Positions 35,327-44,435 of a DNA stretch of 54,595 nucleotides are shown here, piece by piece. Numbering within the stretch: position 1 is the stretch's first letter; each line of letters begins with the position of its first letter. Origin of the DNA: an uncultured bacterium (GTDB lineage Bacteria; Planctomycetota; UBA1135; UBA2386); contig CAXBFC010000002.1 in the NCBI GenBank assembly GCA_963974725.1, forward strand, positions 1-54,595, written 5' to 3'. The notes under the pieces were generated by a model, which saw only the letters and a list, made by a program, of their open reading frames with translations, had not been told where the DNA came from and did not search any database. The translations under genes and the position numbers were made by a program.

Positions 35327-37087
35327 ATGCAGCACACTTCGCTATCCGCTCTCATCGCCCTTTGCCTCGCGGCACCTTCCGTGGCCCAATCATTCGAAGT
35401 CGACCTCACCCAAGCCAACTCCTGGCAGACCGTGCTCGACGGCGTCATGGGTGGTCGTTCCTCCGGCGTGGTTCGCACAACAGAGCAAGGCACCTTGTCC
35501 TTCAGTGGCAAGCTGTCCCTGGAGAACAACGGTGGCTTCTCGCAGATGCGAACGCGCGTCCAAGGCCAACAGCTGACCGGCGCCAAGGGCCTGGTGCTAG
35601 AGGTGCTCGGTGACGGACGCACTTACAACTTCGACTTGCGCGTTTCGAATGCCCGCATGATGGCAGGCGGATTCCAACAGAGCTTTGCAACCGTTGCGGG
35701 CCAATGGACGGAAGTGAAACTGCCGTTCGACAAGTTCCGCCTGTTTAGCTTCGGACGCCTTGTCAAGCGCGCACCGGAACTCAACCCCAGCTTGATCGAG
35801 TCCATCGGCGTGACGCTTTCGGACAAGCAGCCGGGCACCTTCGAACTGCAACTGCGCAGCATCAAGGCACTGACGGCGAGCTCCAGCAAGATTGCCACCG
35901 GCGGTGACGCCGGCGTCGGCAACGACCTGGTTTCTGTCGCTACCAGCGCCGGGCTGACCACGCTGCTCGAGCTCGTTTCGGCTGCCAAGCTGAAGCTGCC
36001 GAAGTCACAGGTAACGATCTTCGCCCCCACCAACGAGGCCTTCGCAGCCATTCCCAAGGACACGCTGGCGAAGCTTCTGCTGCCCGAATCACGCGAGACC
36101 CTTCGCCAGATCCTTACGTTCCACATCGTGCCCGGCAAGCTGTCGTCAGATAGCGTGCTCAACGCTCGCAGTCTGCCGACCCTGTGCGGCCAACCGCTGG
36201 CCGTTGACGCCATGGCGGGACGCATCGCCGGAGCTGGCATCACTGCCGTCGACGTGGCATTCGAAGGCGGCATGGTTCATGTCATCAACAAGGTGATGAT
36301 GCCCGAGCAACGCTCGGTGTCCCAGATTGCGGCTTCGGACGAGCGCCTCACGACGCTGATGGCAGCGGTCAACAGCGCCAACCTGGCTCGTCAGTTCGAG
36401 CGTCAAGACGGTCCGTGGACCATCTTCGCGCCGATCGACTCGGCATTCGCCAAGCTGCCGAAGGGCACGGTCCAGGCGCTCCTGAAAAAAGAAAACATCA
36501 AGGCACTGACGGAGATTCTGGGACTGCATGTCGTGCGAGGTCGCATTGCTGCCCGCGAACTACTGTCGAAGAAGGAAGCCCAGACGTTGCTGGGCCTGCC
36601 CATCAACTTCGCCCTCAACGACGGTAAGCTGACCATCGGCGCCAACTCGCGAATCGTGCAAGGCGACATCCAAGCCAGCAACGGCGTGATCCACCTGATC
36701 GATACCGTGCTGCTGCCCGCTAAAAAGGCAACCTCGGCGGCTGCGACGTCCAACGCTACGCCGGCGTCCAGCCCCGCCACCGGTGCAAAAGAGTTCGGCC
36801 GCATCTACTCGCTCGCCGTCGAGCGCGGTGCCGTGCTGTTCAACGATGGCAACCCGGAAGCATGTGCCGCGATCTATGAAGTCGCGATCGAAACGATGAT
36901 CAGCTTCGCCGGCGACGACCTTGGCGAAGCAGTACGGAACCGCCTGATGCGAAGCCGCAAGGAAGCGGCGTCCGACAGCGGCCGGACTCGCGCCTGGGCG
37001 TTCCGCCGCGCGCTCGATGACTCCTACAGCATCATCCTGCGCCGGGAACTGCCCCAACGCGAAGCACTGCCATCGCGCTCGACGTAG
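35327..37087 (+). CDS. secreted fusion: CIA30-like domain plus two fasciclin (FAS1) domains plus an unknown C-terminal domain
   Basis: WQTVLDGVMGGRSSG...GKLSLENNGGFSQMRT is the CIA30 signature. It is followed by two copies of FAPTNEAFAAIPKDTL / [16 protein letters not shown] ... NGVIHLID. Confidence 0.8.
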   Translation: MQHTSLSALIALCLAAPSVAQSFEVDLTQANSWQTVLDGVMGGRSSGVVRTTEQGTLSFSGKLSLENNGGFSQMRTRVQGQQLTGAKGLVLEVLGDGRTYNFDLRVSNARMMAGGFQQSFATVAGQWTEVKLPFDKFRLFSFGRLVKRAPELNPSLIESIGVTLSDKQPGTFELQLRSIKALTASSSKIATGGDAGVGNDLVSVATSAGLTTLLELVSAAKLKLPKSQVTIFAPTNEAFAAIPKDTLAKLLLPESRETLRQILTFHIVPGKLSSDSVLNARSLPTLCGQPLAVDAMAGRIAGAGITAVDVAFEGGMVHVINKVMMPEQRSVSQIAASDERLTTLMAAVNSANLARQFERQDGPWTIFAPIDSAFAKLPKGTVQALLKKENIKALTEILGLHVVRGRIAARELLSKKEAQTLLGLPINFALNDGKLTIGANSRIVQGDIQASNGVIHLIDTVLLPAKKATSAAATSNATPASSPATGAKEFGRIYSLAVERGAVLFNDGNPEACAAIYEVAIETMISFAGDDLGEAVRNRLMRSRKEAASDSGRTRAWAFRRALDDSYSIILRRELPQREALPSRST

Positions 37088-37172
37088 TCGCGCGTAGCCA
37101 CGCGGCGTGCGGGGCGAGACATCGGCCGCGAGGCATCGGCGGCTAGGCAGCAGCCGCTAGACCTGCGCTTGA

Positions 37173-37640
37173 CTATGTCCCCGTGAGCACGCCATACCGC
37201 GCCACCAACTGCTGGTGACGGTAGGCGAAGATCCGGTCGACGTCGGGCCTGATGAACAATCGGTTGAGCAACGGCTCCACCAGCCAGCCAGGCCCCCGGT
37301 AGTCGACGACATCCCGGATCGCGGTGCCACCTGCGACAACTTCGAACGTGTGCTCGTGGTGCCAAAGTCGATACGGCCCACGCCGCTGCTCGTCGACGAA
37401 GCGGTAGGGCGGCTGCCACGCGGAGATCTCCGACTGCCAGCGAACGGGAAGTCCGCGGATGCGCAGCCGGTAGTCGATCAAGGTCCCAACCCGCATCTCA
37501 ATTGACGACGGCGTCAGGACCTCGAAGCGCACCCACGGCGGCGTGATCTGCTCCAGGTTGTGGGCATTGGAGAAGAACTCGAAGACCTCAACAAGAGGTG
37601 CCGCAACGCGCAACTCCGTCGTCAAGCGATGTGCTGCCAT
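37173..37640 (-). CDS. SRPBCC-family ligand-binding protein
   Basis: Starts at ATG 37640 (MAAHRLTTEL). The block FFSNAHNLEQITPPWVRFEV...WQPPYRFVDEQRRGPYRLWHHEHTFE is typical of the SRPBCC proteins that accompany SDR-type (YfcH-like) genes. Confidence 0.75.
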   Translation of the reverse strand: MAAHRLTTELRVAAPLVEVFEFFSNAHNLEQITPPWVRFEVLTPSSIEMRVGTLIDYRLRIRGLPVRWQSEISAWQPPYRFVDEQRRGPYRLWHHEHTFEVVAGGTAIRDVVDYRGPGWLVEPLLNRLFIRPDVDRIFAYRHQQLVARYGVLTGT

Positions 37641-37798
37641 CAGGTGACTCCCAACATCAGCGCGGGCCAGTAGTTGATCAGGTCCATGGTTTGGCCTTTG
37701 GCAGCCAAGCGCGCGCCAGCAAGGCTGCACACGCGGCCAGCCAGTGAGCAATCGCGTTCCGTCTTAGCACGGGGACCGGCGAGATCGCGTCGATCCGC

Positions 37799-39373
37799 TC
37801 ACTCAGCCGGGGCAGGATCCGCGGGCGGTTCTCGCTTGGTCGGCTGGACTGGCTTGGTTGGCTGGGCTGGCTTGCTCGGCTGGGCTGACTTGGTGAGCTG
37901 CGATGCCGACGACTCCGCTGCCTTGCGGATGCCCCTTTGCATGCCGCGGAACACCAGGCCATGCAGTGGCAGGACGGCATACCAATAGGCAAGCCCAAGC
38001 AAACCGCGCGGTTTGAATCGTGCAGTCTGAAGCAGCTGGCACTTGGAGTGGTCCCCAGCAACTGGCTCGATCTCAAACGTCAAGGTCGCGATGCCCGGCA
38101 ACTTCATCTCGGCGTAAAGCTCCAGGCGACGCTCGGGCTCGGCCTTGGTCACGCGCCAGAAGTCGAGCGCGTCGCCATAGCCGACCCGTTCGGCGTCGCG
38201 TCTTCCCCGTCGCAGCCCAGGCCCGCCGACGAGACGGTCCATCCAGCCGCGCAAGCGCCACAGCCAGTCCGATGCATACCATCCATGGCCGCCACCAACT
38301 CGACAAACGGCTCGGTAGACCTCGGCGGCTGGGGCCTTGATCTCGATCGATCGTGGGTCCTCGAAGACCTTGCCGCCAGCCCAGTCTGGGTCGCCTGGCA
38401 TCTTGCCAGCATCCGACCAACTCGTTTCAACCGAGCCAGCTTCTTGGTGCCCGACTGCCAGCACGATGCTCTCGTAGACAGTCTGCAACTGCACCGGCAT
38501 CAAACTGTTGGCAACTCGATTGCGGCAGACGACTTCGTTCCGCAGGCCCTCGGCCAACGGCCGGGCGATCCGTGAACTGATGGGTGTCACCAGATGAATC
38601 CAGAGCGAACTCAACCTGGGCGTCAACACCGGTATGGGCAAGATCCAACGGCGTGGCAGCTTGAGGGCCTTCGCCACCATCTGGATCACGGCCTTGTAGG
38701 TCACCACCTCCGGACCTCCGATATCGAGGGTCTGGCCGATGGTTGCAGGCTGTGCGAGGCACTTGACCAAATAGCTCAACACGTCATCGACGCCAATCGG
38801 TTGGCACTTGGTGCTCACCCATCGCGGCGTGATCATGACAGGTAGACGCTCGACCAAGTAGCGCAGGATCTCGAACGACGCGGAGCCCGAACCGATGATC
38901 ATGGCGGCGCGCAGCACAGTCACCGGAACACTTCCCGAGGCGAGTTCGGTCTCGACATCGCGACGAGAACTCAGATGTTCGCTCAAACCTTCGCCAGTCT
39001 CTCCGAGACCGCCGAGGTAGATGATTTGTTCGATTGCCGCGTCCGTTGCTGATTCGGCAAAGGCACGCGCGATGCGGCGATCGACTTCGGCATACGCGGA
39101 GCCAGCTGCCAGCATCGAGTGCACCAGGAAGTAGGCAGCTCGGCAGCCGCGCAGCGCTGCCGTCGTCGCAATGCGATCTTCGACGTCGCACTTCACGATC
39201 TCGACGCGCTCGTCCGAGGCGAACGGACCATCGCCGAGCTTCTCCGGACTGCGGACGAGACACCGGACCCGGTAGCCAGCATCGAGCAGCCTCGAGACCA
39301 AACGACCTCCGATGTAGCCGGTGGCGCCGGTGACAGCGATTAGCCCCTCTGGAGAATCGTCCGCGGTTGCCAT
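37799..39373 (-). CDS. NAD(P)-binding SDR/NmrA-like protein fused to a DUF2867-like domain
   Basis: Starts at ATG 39373. It has the Rossmann motif VTGATGYIGGRLVSRLL. The C-terminal half is WRVTKAEPERRLELYAEMKLPG... (DUF2867-like, from memory), followed by a Pro/Lys-rich tail. Confidence 0.75.
   Translation of the reverse strand: MATADDSPEGLIAVTGATGYIGGRLVSRLLDAGYRVRCLVRSPEKLGDGPFASDERVEIVKCDVEDRIATTAALRGCRAAYFLVHSMLAAGSAYAEVDRRIARAFAESATDAAIEQIIYLGGLGETGEGLSEHLSSRRDVETELASGSVPVTVLRAAMIIGSGSASFEILRYLVERLPVMITPRWVSTKCQPIGVDDVLSYLVKCLAQPATIGQTLDIGGPEVVTYKAVIQMVAKALKLPRRWILPIPVLTPRLSSLWIHLVTPISSRIARPLAEGLRNEVVCRNRVANSLMPVQLQTVYESIVLAVGHQEAGSVETSWSDAGKMPGDPDWAGGKVFEDPRSIEIKAPAAEVYRAVCRVGGGHGWYASDWLWRLRGWMDRLVGGPGLRRGRRDAERVGYGDALDFWRVTKAEPERRLELYAEMKLPGIATLTFEIEPVAGDHSKCQLLQTARFKPRGLLGLAYWYAVLPLHGLVFRGMQRGIRKAAESSASQLTKSAQPSKPAQPTKPVQPTKREPPADPAPAE
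37832..37885. repeat. three tandem 18-bp units encoding (A/V)QP(S/T)K(P/R) at the 3' end of the SDR gene
   Basis: Units were read at 37832, 37850 and 37868. The protein tail is SAQPSKPAQPTKPVQPTKR. Confidence 0.75.
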
Positions 39374-39547
39374 GGTATTGTCGGGGCGCCTTGCGCCGTG
39401 CCTGGATGAGAGTGGTGGTACGGGCCTCGCGACCGCGCGACAGGCCTTCGCCAGATCGTAGGCTCCAGATGCAAGATCTTGTGGCCAATCACCTGCGCTG
39501 CGGCGGATGTTCGCATCCGAATCGCCGAACCGTGCGAAATCCCGGGT

Positions 39548-40087
39548 ATGCCAGTGATCGATTCCCAAGCTTGGACCGCCGACAACCTCAATGGCCGTCG
39601 CCTGGCGGCCCGCAACTTCTCAGACGTCGTCGGCAAAAAACCGACACTGCTGATCTTCTTGCGGCACCTGGGTTGAATCTTCACCCGAGAACTCGTGCAC
39701 GAGGTCGTGCACGCCACCCAGAGCCCCAACTTCCCCGAACCGCTGTTCATCCATCGCGCGTCCGTGGCAGAGGCCGAGATCTTCTTTGCGAAACGATTCG
39801 CGGGCGCTCGCGCGATCGCCGATGCCAACGGATCCTTGTTCGAGGCGTTCGGCCTCAACCGCGGCACTATCCTGCAGCTACTCGGACCGCGAGCACTCTG
39901 GCGTGGCCTGGTTGCACTACTGAAAGGCAACTTCGTTGGGCGACCGACTGGCAATGAGACGCAGATGCCCGGCGCCTTCCTGACGCGCGAGCGCGATATT
40001 CTATGGGAACATCGTGCACGGCACGCGGGCGACCAGCCAGATCTCGACGCGATGATGAAGTCCTTGGACGCTGCATCCGAAGCGTAG
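39548..40087 (+). CDS. Prx-like2 (AhpC/TSA_2) family peroxiredoxin-like protein with in-frame TGA at codon 43 (candidate selenocysteine)
   Basis: ORFs 39479-39676 and 39695-40087 share a frame and are separated only by the TGA at 39674-39676. The read-through gives KPTLLIFLRHLG-U-IFTRELV, which superimposes on the family motif FLRHxGCxFCRE with U at the first Cys. ATG 39548 gives a typical 179-aa length. Confidence 0.7.
39694..39713 (+). promoter_or_regulatory. SECIS-like hairpin downstream of TGA 39674
   Basis: CGUGCAC (39694-39700) pairs with GUGCACG (39707-39713). The loop GAGGUC contains GGU. The stem starts 17 nt after the UGA. Confidence 0.5.
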
Positions 40088-40092
40088 CTCGG

Positions 40093-41355
40093 CTAGTGGC
40101 GGGCCCGCTCGAAACGCAGGTGACAAACGCCAATGTGCCGCTCCAAGAAGCCGGCTTCGCAGTAGGCGAAGTAGAAGTCCCAAGCGCGCATCAGCGAGTC
40201 GTCTCCGCCCAGGGCAACCACCTGCTGACGTTTGGTCAGCCAAACCTGCCGCCACCGCCTGAGGGTTTCCGCGTAGTGATGGCCGAAGTCGACCATCTTC
40301 ACCAAGCGCAGATCCGTGTGCTCACTTGCAGCCCGAGCGATCGCGGTGACCGAAGGGATGAAGCTGCCCGGAAACACGTGGCGTTTGATGTAGTCGACCG
40401 AACGCAGCGCCGACTCATAGTGTTGGTCCGCGATCGTGATTGCCTGTAAGCCGAGGATGCCGCCTGGCTTCAATCGCGCAGCGCAGCACTTGAGGAAGTC
40501 GGGCAGGTAGCGGGCGCCAACGGCCTCGATCATCTCGCACGAGATGACCTTGTCGAAGGTGCCCTCGACATCGCGATAGTCCTGCTGCAATAGCTTGACG
40601 CGATGGCCAAGGCTCGCAGCCTGCACCCGTTCTGATGCCGTCTGGAATTGATTGGAGGAGATCGTCGTCGTGGTGACGTTCGCACCAAACGTGCCTGCTG
40701 CGGCAATCGCAAGGCTGCCCCAGCCAGTGCCGATCTCAAGCAGGTCCTCCCCCGGCGACAAGTCGACCAAGCGACACAATCGCTTCAGCTTCTCGGCCTG
40801 CGCATCCGCCAGACTTTGATTCGGGAACTCGAACCACGCGGAGGAATACGTCATCGACGGATCCAAGAACTGCGCGAACAAGTCGTCACTCAGATCGTAG
40901 TGATCGGCGATGTTCTTCCGGCTACCCTCGCGACTGTTTTGCCTGCGGTTGTAGCCAAGGCGCAGCAACAGCCGCCGCGGCAGCGACCACAGCGAACGAT
41001 CAACATCCATCAAGACATCGCGATCGCGCACCATCAAACGCAGCACGCCAACCAGATCGTCGGTGTCCCATTTGCCAGCGACGTAAGCCTCGCCGGCACC
41101 GACCGCGCCCGAAGCCGCGATCGCACTGTAGAACGCTGGATCGCGAACATCGATCTGTTGCACGCCAAGGGCGCCGCTGGCCGCGCCGACCTTTTCGATA
41201 CCCGAGTAGTCACTGACGGCAAGCGCACCGCTCTGCAACCCGGCTAGCCTTTTGAGAACTCGCGCGCGCAAGAACTTCTGCCAACCAGTAGCAGGTCGCG
41301 CCACCGCCCGCACCGGTGAGCCACTGCGAGGGGAAACAAGGATAGGGTTGCTCAT
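40093..41355 (-). CDS. cyclopropane-fatty-acyl-phospholipid synthase family SAM methyltransferase
   Basis: The start ATG 41355 overlaps the DUF1365 stop. The blocks are HYDLSDDLFAQFLDPSMTYSSAWF, the SAM motif LLEIGTGWGSLAIAAA, and YAETLRRWR. Confidence 0.85.
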   Translation of the reverse strand: MSNPILVSPRSGSPVRAVARPATGWQKFLRARVLKRLAGLQSGALAVSDYSGIEKVGAASGALGVQQIDVRDPAFYSAIAASGAVGAGEAYVAGKWDTDDLVGVLRLMVRDRDVLMDVDRSLWSLPRRLLLRLGYNRRQNSREGSRKNIADHYDLSDDLFAQFLDPSMTYSSAWFEFPNQSLADAQAEKLKRLCRLVDLSPGEDLLEIGTGWGSLAIAAAGTFGANVTTTTISSNQFQTASERVQAASLGHRVKLLQQDYRDVEGTFDKVISCEMIEAVGARYLPDFLKCCAARLKPGGILGLQAITIADQHYESALRSVDYIKRHVFPGSFIPSVTAIARAASEHTDLRLVKMVDFGHHYAETLRRWRQVWLTKRQQVVALGGDDSLMRAWDFYFAYCEAGFLERHIGVCHLRFERARH

Positions 41356-42134
41356 GTCGGAATTCGGCGACGTGGGTGAGAGAAGAACGGCGCACGGCGC
41401 AACCAAAGACGTAGCGCTTGCCAATGGATCGATGCGACGAACTGCATGCTGATCAAGGGATGCCGCAGCCAACTGCGAACCAGGGTTCGGGTTCGCCACG
41501 GCTGCTTGCTCATCACCAGCGTCGCATCAAACGCTTTGCCATCGCCGGCGTGGTTCTCCATGTGCACCAGCAACCGATTGCCGGGCGTTGAGAATCGCCA
41601 GATGTAGTCCTGCTCCATCGGCTGGAACGGACTGACGTGGAAGTCCTTGGCAAACCGAGCCGTGACCCGCCCGCGTTCGTCGGCCCGAAGCACGTAATGA
41701 TGCCGTTCGCGCCACGGCGTGTTGGTGATCTCCGCGAGCACCGCGACGAGCTGATCTTGGCCGTCAAAACAGTAGTAGAACGACACCGGGTTGAAGCCAT
41801 AGCCAAAGCAACGCAACGCCGTCAGCAAGCGCACCGCGCCATCGGGGCGAAACCCGAGTTGCTGCTCGACAGCATTGTGGACCGCCTCCCGCAACGGCGT
41901 GTCCTTGGGGCCGAAGTAGTCCGAACGACGAAACCTGACCGGTGCCGGGCGACGATCAGACCAGAACCACCGGCCCCGAAACGCTTGCTCGATCTCATCG
42001 ATATCGAGGTATGCGAGGTCGAGGTTGACGGTGAACGCACGGTCCACGGCATCAAAGCGACGATGCCGGACCGTGCCGCGGTAGATCCCGCTGTGGACCA
42101 CGCCGCTGCCGTTCGCAACGCCGCTAGCACTCAC
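41352..42134 (-). CDS. DUF1365 family protein
   Basis: The GTG at 42134 overlaps the stop of the upstream flavoprotein (GTGA). The blocks are GIYRGTVRHRRF...FTVNLDLAYLDIDE...RRSDYFGP. Confidence 0.8.
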   Translation of the reverse strand: MSASGVANGSGVVHSGIYRGTVRHRRFDAVDRAFTVNLDLAYLDIDEIEQAFRGRWFWSDRRPAPVRFRRSDYFGPKDTPLREAVHNAVEQQLGFRPDGAVRLLTALRCFGYGFNPVSFYYCFDGQDQLVAVLAEITNTPWRERHHYVLRADERGRVTARFAKDFHVSPFQPMEQDYIWRFSTPGNRLLVHMENHAGDGKAFDATLVMSKQPWRTRTLVRSWLRHPLISMQFVASIHWQALRLWLRRAPFFSHPRRRIPT

Positions 42135-43453
42135 AACGCCACTCCAAACGATGGTTTCGACACTCGTGACGCAACGCCAAGCCCATTGTCGATGCCGAAG
42201 TCGTTCGCGACGCGCAGCGCCGATTGCACGCCGTCTTCGTGGAAGCCAAAGCCACACCAGGCGCCACAGAACCAAACCCTGCCGGTGCCGCTCAATTCGG
42301 CAACCTGTGCCTGCGCTTGCACACAGCGCTCATCGAAAACTGGATGATCGTAAGAAAACCGCCGCAGCACCTTCGCAGGGTCGATCCTCGCCGAACTGTT
42401 CAAGCTCACGAGGTAGCGCTCCACTGTCTCGAGCCCCTGCAGCGTGTTCATGTCATACGTCACTGTGGCATGCTCGCTTGGACTGGCGGGCAAGCGATAA
42501 TTCCACGCCGACCAGGTCTTCCGACGGTTCGGCAGCAGACTGGTGTCGGTGTGCAGCACCACGTCGTTGGCTTGGTACGGGATCGCCGTCAGAACCGCAC
42601 GTTCGGCGTCCGAAGAATCGACCAACATTCGGGCCGCTTGGTCGCTATGGGTCGCCAACACCACGCCATCGAACACTTCCGGCTCACCGCCCTTAGTACG
42701 CACGGTGACCCCAGCCGCCTGGCGGCGGATCTCCACCACCGACGCGTTGAGCCGAATGCGATCCGAGAACGTGCGCGAAAGCGGGCCCAAGTAGCTTCGA
42801 GAGCCACCGACCACGGTGCGCCACTGCGGTCGGTTCTTCACCTGCAGCATGCCGTGATTGCGGAAGAACCGGATGAAGAACCGCGCCGGCATGGAGGACA
42901 AGACCTCGGGCTTCGCCGACCAGATCGCCGCCATCATCGGCAGCAAATACCAGCGCGCGAACGCACCTTCGAGACGAGCTTCGCGCAGCACTTCGCCGAG
43001 GGTTAGATCGCTGTCGAGATACGACTCCGCGAGGCGATGAAAGCGCGTGATGCCATGCAACATCGACCAGAACTTCGGGCGCAGTAGGTTGCGACGCTGC
43101 GCGAACAAGCCATCCACAGAGGAACCGCAGTATTCGACTCCTGAAGCCTCGCAGTGCATGCTGAAGCTCATGTCCGAATCGCGCAGGCCAACGCCCAACC
43201 GCGACATCAGAGCCAAGAACTCAGGGTAGGTGCGATCGTTGCAAACGATGAAGCCGGTATCCACCGCAACGGTGCCATCGCCTGTCTGGACGTCGACCGT
43301 GTGGGTATGGCCGCCGATTCTTTCATCCGCTTCAAACACGACCACATCGTGCTTGGTGGCCAGGCGCTCGGCGGCCAACAGCCCCGAAATGCCGGTGCCG
43401 ACCACCGCAAGGCGTTTGCGCCCATGCCCGAGCAATGCGGCGGCGCGGGTCAT
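42131..43453 (-). CDS. FAD-dependent oxidoreductase (amine-oxidase / phytoene-desaturase-like)
   Basis: It has the dinucleotide fold RLAVVGTGISGLLAAERL...VVVFEADERIGGHTHT and the C-terminal VWFCGAWCGFGFHEDG. Confidence 0.85.
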   Translation of the reverse strand: MTRAAALLGHGRKRLAVVGTGISGLLAAERLATKHDVVVFEADERIGGHTHTVDVQTGDGTVAVDTGFIVCNDRTYPEFLALMSRLGVGLRDSDMSFSMHCEASGVEYCGSSVDGLFAQRRNLLRPKFWSMLHGITRFHRLAESYLDSDLTLGEVLREARLEGAFARWYLLPMMAAIWSAKPEVLSSMPARFFIRFFRNHGMLQVKNRPQWRTVVGGSRSYLGPLSRTFSDRIRLNASVVEIRRQAAGVTVRTKGGEPEVFDGVVLATHSDQAARMLVDSSDAERAVLTAIPYQANDVVLHTDTSLLPNRRKTWSAWNYRLPASPSEHATVTYDMNTLQGLETVERYLVSLNSSARIDPAKVLRRFSYDHPVFDERCVQAQAQVAELSGTGRVWFCGAWCGFGFHEDGVQSALRVANDFGIDNGLGVASRVSKPSFGVAL

Positions 43454-44379
43454 CTACGAACTCGCTCCGGAAGTGGTCGAATGCCAGACACAAGACCCAC
43501 CAACGACATCGCGCGCAGCACGTAGTAGGTGATATCAATCTGCCACCAGCGGAAACCCTGCTGCACCGAACCGGGATGCCAGTGGTGGTTGTTGTGCCAA
43601 CCCTCGCCGAGCGTCAGGACTGCAAGCCAGAACGAGTTGCGGCTGTGATCCCGGGTCGGCCAATCACGCCGTCCGAACAGATGCGCCAACGTGTTGATCG
43701 ACGCCGTGACGTGGAAGAGCACCGTCGTCGAAATGCAGAAACCCCAAACCACCATCTGCGCCATGCTGGTGCCAAGCTCGGGATAGAATCGCTGCAACGC
43801 CCCGCCTAGCGCTGCTAGCGCAACCAGCAGCACGGCGGGAACGACTCGATCGTGACGATCCAGCCAAACGAGTTCGGGATATTTCGCAAAGTCCCTGACT
43901 TGCGACATGTCGGTCTGCCAGGCGCCGCGAGTCACAAACCAACCGACCTGCGCCCACCAGAAACTGTGCGTGTGCGGCGAATGCCGGTCGCCCTCACCGT
44001 CCGAAGTCCGGTGGTGATTACGATGGTGGGCCGCCCACCATAGTGCGCCTCGCTGCACAGCCGTAGCGCCGAGCAGGGCTCCAAGAAACTGCATCGTCCG
44101 GGACATCGTGTAACTGCGATGGCCGAAGTAGCGATGATAGAACGCCGTCACCGCAAACATCCGGATCAGGTAGAGCGCAACCGCCACCATCACCGCAACC
44201 GGGCTCCAACCCACGACGAAGACCAACAGGCAGCCCGCCTGCATGGCCAGCCACGGCGCAATACGCCGCCACTCGATTTGACGGTCGTCCGATGAGGCGA
44301 CCGGGACCCCGAGAGTGCTAGTTGTCACGTATGAAGCTCCACTTAGGAAAGTTCGCGATTTTAGACCCGCTGGATGCAC
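43450..44379 (-). CDS. membrane fatty-acid (acyl-CoA/acyl-lipid) desaturase
   Basis: It has three His boxes: HRYFGH, HHRNHHRTSD and HNNHHWH. An alternative start is the GTG at 44328, which is preceded by GGAG. Confidence 0.85.
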   Translation of the reverse strand: MHPAGLKSRTFLSGASYVTTSTLGVPVASSDDRQIEWRRIAPWLAMQAGCLLVFVVGWSPVAVMVAVALYLIRMFAVTAFYHRYFGHRSYTMSRTMQFLGALLGATAVQRGALWWAAHHRNHHRTSDGEGDRHSPHTHSFWWAQVGWFVTRGAWQTDMSQVRDFAKYPELVWLDRHDRVVPAVLLVALAALGGALQRFYPELGTSMAQMVVWGFCISTTVLFHVTASINTLAHLFGRRDWPTRDHSRNSFWLAVLTLGEGWHNNHHWHPGSVQQGFRWWQIDITYYVLRAMSLVGLVSGIRPLPERVRR

Positions 44380-44435
44380 AAACTCGCATCCGTTGACTAT
44401 CCCAGGCGAACCCTACACTAGGAAACGTTCCGACA

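Noticed and set aside
28721-39676. The idea that TGA is globally reassigned (genetic code 4 or 25), which would explain the two in-frame TGAs.
   Set aside because: Many well-supported genes in this window terminate at TGA. These include the ATGA/GTGA coupled junctions (7368, 8150, 21233, 31323, 41352, 42131, 43450, 45255). So TGA is a normal stop here, and any read-through must be context-dependent.
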